From positions 1 to 42,259 of the forward strand of contig JALHSV010000526.1 of assembly GCA_022865525.1 (NCBI GenBank): DNA of 42,259 bases. The letters run 5' to 3'. Below, piece after piece: positions 36,267-42,259 of this stretch. The stretch is from Thermodesulfovibrionales bacterium (GTDB lineage: Bacteria > Nitrospirota > Thermodesulfovibrionia > Thermodesulfovibrionales > SM23-35). Position numbers and translations under genes: made by a program. The notes under the pieces are model-generated. The model searched no databases. It saw only the letters and a program-made list of their open reading frames with translations, and was not told the origin of the DNA. Each line of letters begins with the position of its first letter. Position 1 is the first letter of the stretch.

Positions 36267-36546
36267 TCTTTACCTCCTCTGCGGCGAGAAGCTTTAATAA
36301 TTTAGTATATGCTCGGAAACATTCAGACCTTATATCGTGAGGGGTAAACGTCTTGATAAACTCGTTCCCTGCCTCCACCAGCTCGTCCCAGCCGTTACAG
36401 CACTTGACGATACGGAGGGCGTTGGCCTTATCCTCAGTGCCAGAGCCGCATCGAGCAATGGTGTGGTCTATGTTCCCATTTCGCACTACTACCCTATTGT
36501 CTCCACACATATTTTTGCATTCCCATGTTCCTTTTGTATGTTCCAT
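36259..36546 (-). CDS. Hypothetical protein, 95 aa
   Basis: ORF overlapping its neighbours by a few nucleotides. Confidence 0.4.
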   Translation of the reverse strand: MEHTKGTWECKNMCGDNRVVVRNGNIDHTIARCGSGTEDKANALRIVKCCNGWDELVEAGNEFIKTFTPHDIRSECFRAYTKLLKLLAAEEVKNE

Positions 36547-36547
36547 T

Positions 36548-36859
36548 TCAGTCTCCTAAATTGAGTTCCAGATATTCTTTGACTTTCAGCCAGTATTCTT
36601 TCGTGCTTTCCCTGTATCGCTCAGTTGGGCACTTATGCGACCTTGCCATAGTCTCAATATCGCTATTGCCGTAATGCTGTATGACTATCGAGGTCATTTC
36701 TCGGCTCTTGGCTCTGTCCCGCCTGTCGATATAGTCGAATTTGTGCCATCCGAGTATCCTATTGGCGTCTCGGACGTAGATTTCATGTATCTGGTAAGCA
36801 CCCAATGCTAAACCGCCGTCACCGATAGAATTGTCAGGGTCGGCTTCTCCCCTGCTTTC
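36548..36859 (-). CDS. SLT-type lytic transglycosylase catalytic domain; the open frame has no ATG/GTG start
   Basis: The frame opens right after an in-frame TGA (36862-36860) with ESRGEADPDNSIGDGGLALGAYQIHEIYVRDANRILG...STKEYWLKVK (ES...G..G.xQI...Y pattern). The first TTG is at 36805, after the putative catalytic Glu. Confidence 0.55.
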   Translation of the reverse strand, partial: ESRGEADPDNSIGDGGLALGAYQIHEIYVRDANRILGWHKFDYIDRRDRAKSREMTSIVIQHYGNSDIETMARSHKCPTERYRESTKEYWLKVKEYLELNLGD

Positions 36860-36978
36860 TCAGGGGCCGGTTCGTACCACGCTGCCATAGCACAAAGTAA
36901 GCCTATGCCTATGCCTGTAAACAAAGACATTGTCCACGATATATATAATGTTGTATTATCTATTGTTATTTCTTTCAT
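36808..36978 (-). CDS. 56-aa signal-anchor ORF, probably the N-terminal part of the SLT lysozyme, in another frame
   Basis: The ATG at 36978 overlaps the upstream TGA. Translation MKEITIDNTTLYISWTMSLFTGIGIGLLCAMAAWYEPAPEK.. It overlaps the SLT frame by 52 nt. Confidence 0.45.
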   Translation of the reverse strand: MKEITIDNTTLYISWTMSLFTGIGIGLLCAMAAWYEPAPEKAGEKPTLTILSVTAV

Positions 36979-37223
36979 ATCTTCTCCGCTTCTGCGAGGG
37001 ATTGCTCTAATTCGTTGTGTAAATCACTGTGCTTGTCATTCATTTTAAGCCTAATCAAAAAGTCCTCTAATTCGTCGTGATAATTAAATGCTTTTTTACA
37101 AACATTCTTTAGTTTGTCGTGGCTGGCTTTCAGGGCGGCGTACTCGCTTTTGTTAACTATAATCGTATTATCCACTCTTCTGGTTTTTTTAAGTTGTCCC
37201 GCCAATTCTTCGTATTTGTTCAT
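36975..37223 (-). CDS. Early paralog family member 4 (LKASHDKL ... LAEAEKI), 82 aa
   Basis: Shares the YAALKASHDKL core and the C-terminal LAEAEKI with three upstream genes. Start at the ATG at 37223, behind GGAGAATGAGATT. Confidence 0.55.
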   Translation of the reverse strand: MNKYEELAGQLKKTRRVDNTIIVNKSEYAALKASHDKLKNVCKKAFNYHDELEDFLIRLKMNDKHSDLHNELEQSLAEAEKI

Positions 37224-37227
37224 AATC

Positions 37228-37476
37228 TCATTCTCCAATCTTCTTAGCTTCCGCGAGGGCTTGTTCTAAGCCACAAGTGCATTTGTTTGTATTATCAAAA
37301 AAGCCGTGACCATTTAGCAATATCCATTTCCCGCAATTCATGTATTTATGGTCGGCATATTCCACCAGCTTATCGTGGCTTGCCTTGAGCTTGTCAAATC
37401 GCTTGCATTGCTCGATATACATATTGTCTAATATCTCGTACTTGGCTATCAGCCTCTTTACATCAGTCATTCTCAT
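37228..37476 (-). CDS. Early paralog family member 3 (LKASHDKL ... ALAEAKKIGE), 82 aa
   Basis: Start moved to the ATG at 37476 (ATGA overlap with the upstream stop). Confidence 0.55.
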   Translation of the reverse strand: MRMTDVKRLIAKYEILDNMYIEQCKRFDKLKASHDKLVEYADHKYMNCGKWILLNGHGFFDNTNKCTCGLEQALAEAKKIGE

Positions 37477-37826
37477 AGTTTCTCCGCTTCTGCGAGGGCT
37501 TGATTGATTTGTATCATAGTTATTGCAATCGCCTCTGGTTCCGGTAATGGCCCCCTGCCTAATAAATGCTTTGCGCATTCTTCCAGACTTAAATCCGCAG
37601 CCTCTAACGCTTCCACCAGCCTGTCGTGGCTTGCCTTGAGCTGGCCTAAATAACAACCTTCTGTGCATCCAGCTTCATCATTTGAAAAACATATCGGGCA
37701 TCCGCCGTTTTGATAAAACTCTGTGGCGTGCTTCATCCAGTCATCGGATTCGAACTCAGCCTTAATACGGTCGTAATCTTTGCATTTTTCGACCATTCTA
37801 TTGAAATCTGTTATTCCGTCACTCAT
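37473..37826 (-). CDS. Early paralog family member 2 (LKASHDRL ... ALAEAEKL), 117 aa
   Basis: Shared motifs. The N-terminal part is Cys-rich (CPICF..GCTEGC). Confidence 0.55.
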   Translation of the reverse strand: MSDGITDFNRMVEKCKDYDRIKAEFESDDWMKHATEFYQNGGCPICFSNDEAGCTEGCYLGQLKASHDRLVEALEAADLSLEECAKHLLGRGPLPEPEAIAITMIQINQALAEAEKL

Positions 37827-37830
37827 AATC

Positions 37831-38160
37831 TCATTCTCCTATCTTCTTAGCCTCTTTGAGGGCTTGCTTATTGAAGTTTATTTGTATTTCTACTGATAAC
37901 CTATAATCGTCAGGCAAAACTGCCAAAACTGTTTTGAGCCGGTTAGTTGATGCCCTTACTTCCGTTTTTAGCCTATCGTGGCTTGCCTTGAGAGCGGCGT
38001 ATTCGGCTAATTGCACGGATTCCGCCATTCTTTTTCCTTTTAGAACAGCTTGGCCTATTTCACAATTTGGGCATATCTGGTCAGGAAGTTTATCGCCGGG
38101 AACTACTTCTGTGCCTTTGATAATTCCTGTATCTTTACAATAAAAACATTCATTACTCAT
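37831..38160 (-). CDS. Early paralog family member 1 (YAALKASHDRL ... ALKEAKKIGE), 109 aa
   Basis: Shared motifs. N-terminal CFYCKD...CPNC zinc-ribbon-like motif. Confidence 0.55.
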   Translation of the reverse strand: MSNECFYCKDTGIIKGTEVVPGDKLPDQICPNCEIGQAVLKGKRMAESVQLAEYAALKASHDRLKTEVRASTNRLKTVLAVLPDDYRLSVEIQINFNKQALKEAKKIGE

Positions 38161-38273
38161 AATCTCATTCTCCTATCTTCTAAAAAGGCCGACGCCGGCT
38201 TCCTTGCACGGCTTCCTTTGCCTCTGGCGTCAACCTGGGCGTCCTTGCCATTTTCATTCTCCTTGTTTACTTG

Positions 38274-38522
38274 CTATTCTTTATTTTCGGCTTTGGGAAA
38301 CCCTAACATTAATTGGGCCGTATTTGTTTCCTCTTGGTGTTCAAAGTTGCAACAAATCTGGCAGTCATAGACAATACAGGCGTGGTGGATAATAACTTTA
38401 GCATCATCGGAGAAGTGTGCGAGGTACTTTTTTAAGTTGCCTACAGTCTGGTTGTTGAGACAAATATCATCGTTGAATATCGGGGTGGCTACATAATTAG
38501 TTTTGGTTTGTTTGGTTTTCAT
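38274..38522 (-). CDS. First early gene, hypothetical, 82 aa
   Basis: Start moved to the ATG at 38522 (AAGGAG RBS). Confidence 0.45.
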   Translation of the reverse strand: MKTKQTKTNYVATPIFNDDICLNNQTVGNLKKYLAHFSDDAKVIIHHACIVYDCQICCNFEHQEETNTAQLMLGFPKAENKE

Positions 38523-38548
38523 TTCATTCTCCTTATCTAACAAACAAG

Positions 38549-38615
38549 CAGCCGACAGGTTGGATCGCACAGCATCCGCGATGGAGACTTACGCAGAGAA
38601 ATGCCCTGTCGGCTG
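38549..38615 (-). promoter_or_regulatory. Structured early leader: 11-bp perfect inverted repeat CAGCCGACAGG-N45-CCTGTCGGCTG
   Basis: Read directly. It ends 26 nt before the first early ATG and is followed by CUUGUUUGUU. Confidence 0.5.
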
Positions 38616-38661
38616 ATTGAAAGTTAGTTTGATTATTGACTACTGTACGATCCATGACAGT

Positions 38662-38691
38662 ATTATCGGTTATCGGCATGGGGATTGTCCA
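38662..38691 (-). promoter_or_regulatory. Candidate early sigma70-type promoter (TGGACA-N18-GATAAT)
   Basis: Motifs at 38691->38686 and 38667->38662, in the only sizeable gap after the late terminator. Confidence 0.35.
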
Positions 38692-38730
38692 GATAATTCC
38701 TGCTCGGACATTACGGTAATTCAGACTAAC

Positions 38731-38773
38731 GGCAAAAAGGGAAGGCTCCGGACCGTGTGGCCAGCCCGGAGCC
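38731..38773 (-). terminator. Rho-independent terminator ending the late operon
   Basis: Minus strand: GGCUCCGG-N14-CCGGAGCC followed by UUCCCUUUUU, 15 nt after the stop at 38788. Confidence 0.7.
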
Positions 38774-38787
38774 AGTGAAAGGAGCGA

Positions 38788-38979
38788 TTATTTTGGGTCT
38801 CCTTCGAGTAATATTCGTAAATTGTGAAGCGATCCGGTCTGGATCGCATTGAACTCATCAAGTGCCTCTTCCTTGGCAGTCGCCTCAAGAGGATATCGGG
38901 GCTTAATTTCCATCAGCCTGGTAACCGCTGTCTGGACCAAACCCTCGATGCAACTCAGATGGTACATATTCTTACTCAT
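38788..38979 (-). CDS. Hypothetical protein, 63 aa
   Basis: Last ORF of the late operon. Confidence 0.4.
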   Translation of the reverse strand: MSKNMYHLSCIEGLVQTAVTRLMEIKPRYPLEATAKEEALDEFNAIQTGSLHNLRILLEGDPK

Positions 38980-39232
38980 TATTTTTACGGACTTCCTTCA
39001 AAATCAAAGATATATTCTGTTCCATATTGTCGACTTTTTCCTCGAATTTTATCCGGTGCTCGGAGTTTCTACCGATTTCCGGCTTAATTTCCTTTATAGC
39101 ATCGGTGTTGTGTTGGACCTGCACCTTCGTTTCGCCCTGAAAGACGCCAACTGAGTTAATGGCGGCTAATGCCGTAATCACTACAGCAACTACCGTACCA
39201 ATAATCCACTTCCAAGTATTACCGTTTGTCAT
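38972..39232 (-). CDS. Membrane-anchored coiled-coil protein (spanin/holin-accessory candidate), 86 aa
   Basis: N-terminal TM segment WKWIIGTVVAVVITALAAINSVGVF, followed by a charged helical region. Confidence 0.45.
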   Translation of the reverse strand: MTNGNTWKWIIGTVVAVVITALAAINSVGVFQGETKVQVQHNTDAIKEIKPEIGRNSEHRIKFEEKVDNMEQNISLILKEVRKNNE

Positions 39233-39244
39233 TGTTGCTCTCCC

Positions 39245-42200
39245 TTATTTCATCTGTTTGTTTGCTTGCTGTGCCACTTTTAATCTCATCGAATCAACTT
39301 TTGCTAATCTTGCCCTTTTCTCTTTATCTGGTATATCCATTTTTATAATAGCCTCCGCTTGCTTATTCAATTTAGACAGGAGTTCGCGGGTCGTCTTCAT
39401 AATCGGCCCCTGTATTATCCCGGGATTTGCCTGCTTAAACTTTTCGGACTTAGCGTATTCCTGCTTTTCCTGTGGAGTCAAAGGCTTTACTGCCTGTTGT
39501 TCGGCGGTCGTTAAGGGTCTTTGCTCTTTTAGTTCCAACAACATATCCTGCTGTTGTTTTCTTGCTATAATGTCCTTATATATCTGGCTATATGTATCGT
39601 AGGCACTTATGACCTTACCGCTGTCCTCGTAGAAATCCTGAATCGACTGAGCCTGTGGGCCTGTAGGTGATCTGCCAACGAATGCTTTTACTACGGGTAT
39701 GTCAGCTAATTCTTTCGGCCTCGCAGGAGGTGCTTCGTCTTTCTTTATTGCGTTTATCAGCGCATCGGTTGCTTGTAAACCGTACCTGCCAGAACCGCCT
39801 GTCCATCCACTTATGAGATTCTCTATCTTTGCCGGACTGTAATTAAGCCATTCACCCATATACTTTGCCGATTCAGATGTGTAACGACTGTATTGGTATG
39901 CAGCGTCAAGGTCTTTCTTGCCTTCGGGAACGATTGGTCTTTCAAGGAAGAAATTGCGATTGCCCCAGTTTTCCATGATAGGCTTTAATGCGGTAGGCAA
40001 AAGGTTTCCTTCCGGCTCGCCACTGATAGGAGTCAGGCTTTCAATGATAGTATCGCCAAAGTCCTTAAATGCTTTCGGGTCCTTTGTAGCTAAATACTCC
40101 ATAAGTCTTTCAGGAAGTGAGCCGTATAACTGGCCCCAGAAAAACGGCTTTATTATATGGATAGGCGACTTGCCTTCTCGCATATACGTCCAGAACAAGT
40201 CTTTTCGCCATCGTGGTATTTCTTTATAATCCTTATTCTTGCGATTATGAAGGTATAAGAGTATTGAAGGAAGAGTAATTGCGGAAAAACCCTTAATGGC
40301 CGTCGATATAGGATGTCTATATGCAGTACGAACATTCTTATCAGCGCCCTGTATCCCCGCATTAAGAAAGGCCACCATACTATTAAGGTCCTTCATCTTT
40401 GCGCCACGCCGTTGAAAGTCAAGAGTACCCTCCCTGCTCTCGAATCCCGCCTCTATCGGGGTCTTGCCCGACTTAACCGCCCTCTTGAACATACCGACTC
40501 TCGTTGCCTGCTCCATTAGCTGAGACAAATCCTGCATAGTGGCTATTGGATTAAGCCTGGCTAACATTCTTCTGGCTCTTGTCGATGTGAGTTCTTTGGC
40601 CGCTTTTTTGAGTGATGGTCTGTTAAGCTCTACAAAGCCGGAATAAGCCCCGCCAGACCTCAGCCAATCATAATAAAGGTCTGTCCTGCCGAGAATATCC
40701 GCAATAGCACCCATCGAGTCATAGAACGGGATAAAGCCAAAAGAAGTCTGCATCAGTCCCGTCCACTGGTCACGGATAGGATTCCTTAATACAAACTCAG
40801 GCGTACTCGTAGCACCTATTCTCAGCCAGTGTGCAGGGTTAGACAGGATTTTTATAACCAGCGACGAACCTTCTTCGTTCAGTCCGGTCATTGCATCGTA
40901 AAGGTTTGGGCTTACCTCGATGTACTTCCGCTTGCCCTTATCGAAATACTCTATGACTTTGCCTTTAGGTGCGAATTGGGACGGCCTGAATATGGTACTC
41001 TCAACAGGTTCCTGTGAAATGATTACATTTTGCGTTTCTTTAATGACTTGCCGGATAGTCTCCGTCGTCATTTCAGGCGTTTCCGCAGATTCACCTTTTC
41101 TTATCTGATTGATAAAACTATTGGCTTCGCCTTCGCTGTACCCTCTTTTAGTCAATGATTCCCTGACCACCTTTTCGAGTTTCTTTATCGGGCCGGATAC
41201 ATCTGCACCCTTACCGCCTTCGGTCTTTATATCCCTAAATTCCTTCATTACCTTCGCAGAGTTTGTTCTGAACTCTCTCGATATGGTAAGTATCTCTTTC
41301 GGGTCAACCTTAATTGGCATCATCTTCACCCGAATAGGTCTTATATCTTCGGGCAGGGCTTTACCAAGTTTCGCTACGTTCCGGGCTACTGTATTCCTGT
41401 CAGCGGCTTCCATTATCCTGAAGGTATTTTTAATAATGCTCTCGATGGGGTCGTGTATCTCTTTCTCTGAGCCTTTTATCTTCTTAACGGGGGCGCGGGC
41501 TTTAGTGAATCGTCCCTTAGATACAGGAACTCCGCCGGCCATCTCGTCACCTAATACCCTATCGAAAGGTATGTAATGCTGATTCTTTGAAAGAATGCCG
41601 TCATACTGCTTCTGGGACAGGTTGCCGCCGTCAACTAACGTATGGAGTACCCTTTTTTGAAATTCATATAGACGCTGTGCGGAATCTTCTAATACCTCCA
41701 TCCCGGCCGGGCCGTACTTTTTCTTTAGTCTCTCCAAGTCCATCTTAGACTTTTGGACCTGTTCGTTACTAACTATATTCTGTTTCGACCAGTCACTTGC
41801 CGGTCTTTGCAGGTCAAGGATAGTCCTCTGTGATTCGAGGTAGGTCTTTAAGTCGGCCTTTCTTTTCTTGCGGGTCTTCTCAAATGGTTTACCTGCCGTA
41901 TCGTAATCGTCCAGGATAGGCTTTAAGCCTTCGCCGGTAATTTTATAAGTACCTTCGGGCATTATCTCGTAGGTTTTGTCCTCTAATACCGACTCCACTT
42001 TACGGCCTAATCCGAGGTAACTTCTCGCCCTTAATCCGGGGTTCTCTCCGGGCTTAATCTCCATACCTAACTTCTGAGCTTTCTTCGTAGTGTTCTCGAT
42101 AGAGGCGAATCGGTTGATAGCGTTCTGATAAATCTTTTCTGCGCCTTCTCGCAATGCCTCCGGGCTTGGTGTTCGTGGCAAACTGAGGAAGCCGCCCTGC

Positions 42201-42259
42201 CTGGCCTTCTCTACCTTTGGAGCTACTGCCCTCTGGAACGGAGCTATGGCTTTTTTAAT
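39245..42259 (-). CDS. C-terminal ~957 codons of the giant virion protein (same gene as 1..2094; open to the window end)
   Basis: The track ORF 39245..42181 begins at a TTG only because no start codon lies further upstream in the window. The frame stays open to 42259 and continues at 2094..1. Confidence 0.8.
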   Translation of the reverse strand: MKKAIAPFQRAVAPKVEKARQGGFLSLPRTPSPEALREGAEKIYQNAINRFASIENTTKKAQKLGMEIKPGENPGLRARSYLGLGRKVESVLEDKTYEIMPEGTYKITGEGLKPILDDYDTAGKPFEKTRKKRKADLKTYLESQRTILDLQRPASDWSKQNIVSNEQVQKSKMDLERLKKKYGPAGMEVLEDSAQRLYEFQKRVLHTLVDGGNLSQKQYDGILSKNQHYIPFDRVLGDEMAGGVPVSKGRFTKARAPVKKIKGSEKEIHDPIESIIKNTFRIMEAADRNTVARNVAKLGKALPEDIRPIRVKMMPIKVDPKEILTISREFRTNSAKVMKEFRDIKTEGGKGADVSGPIKKLEKVVRESLTKRGYSEGEANSFINQIRKGESAETPEMTTETIRQVIKETQNVIISQEPVESTIFRPSQFAPKGKVIEYFDKGKRKYIEVSPNLYDAMTGLNEEGSSLVIKILSNPAHWLRIGATSTPEFVLRNPIRDQWTGLMQTSFGFIPFYDSMGAIADILGRTDLYYDWLRSGGAYSGFVELNRPSLKKAAKELTSTRARRMLARLNPIATMQDLSQLMEQATRVGMFKRAVKSGKTPIEAGFESREGTLDFQRRGAKMKDLNSMVAFLNAGIQGADKNVRTAYRHPISTAIKGFSAITLPSILLYLHNRKNKDYKEIPRWRKDLFWTYMREGKSPIHIIKPFFWGQLYGSLPERLMEYLATKDPKAFKDFGDTIIESLTPISGEPEGNLLPTALKPIMENWGNRNFFLERPIVPEGKKDLDAAYQYSRYTSESAKYMGEWLNYSPAKIENLISGWTGGSGRYGLQATDALINAIKKDEAPPARPKELADIPVVKAFVGRSPTGPQAQSIQDFYEDSGKVISAYDTYSQIYKDIIARKQQQDMLLELKEQRPLTTAEQQAVKPLTPQEKQEYAKSEKFKQANPGIIQGPIMKTTRELLSKLNKQAEAIIKMDIPDKEKRARLAKVDSMRLKVAQQANKQMK
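42119..42259. repeat. Terminal direct repeat identical to 1-141
   Basis: 141/141 identity. Confidence 0.95.

Noticed and set aside
36857-36865. TGA recoding (read-through as Trp or Gly) to explain the split lysozyme
   Set aside because: TGA is used as a genuine stop at many ATGA gene junctions here (e.g. 2091, 24500, 37473). The frame upstream of this TGA translates to non-protein-like sequence (VDNVFVYRHRHRLTLCYGSVVRTGP).

Overview
The window is a complete, circularly closed tailed-phage genome. Bases 1-141 are identical to 42119-42259, so the unique length is 42118 bp, and the contig was opened inside a gene. I recognise no tape-measure, sheath or tube gene, so it looks podovirus-like. All genes but one lie on the minus strand, tightly packed, with many ATGA start/stop overlaps. 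Reading the minus strand in descending coordinates: (1) a candidate early promoter and structured leader (~38.7-38.5 kb); (2) small early genes, including a 4-member tandem paralog array (38.2-36.9 kb); (3) an SLT-type lysozyme split over two frames; (4) YopX, a NinG-like protein, a PD-(D/E)XK nuclease and a replisome-organiser gene carrying iteron-like DNA repeats, plus one minus-strand HNH endonuclease and a 650-bp non-coding island with a non-canonical tRNA-like RNA (33.0-33.5 kb); (5) a promoter-plus-terminator unit (25.4-25.6 kb); (6) TerS, TerL and portal; (7) a 2.9-kb island of 11 tiny Cys-rich or exported proteins; (8) scaffold and major capsid protein; (9) fibre-like proteins, four of them with Sec-type signal peptides and one collagen-like, interrupted by a holin and by a plus-strand HNH cassette with its own consensus promoter; (10) internal-virion-type proteins; (11) a ~1655-aa giant protein that crosses the window junction and contains a J-domain (HPD); (12) two further small genes (39232-38788) and then a terminator at 38.75 kb. 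I recognise no integrase, repressor, DNA polymerase, reverse transcriptase, CRISPR array or rRNA. The supplied ORF track uses ATG/GTG/TTG as M and takes the longest ORF, so I moved several starts to an internal ATG with an AGGAG-type RBS. All family assignments rest on motifs read by eye and need profile searches.
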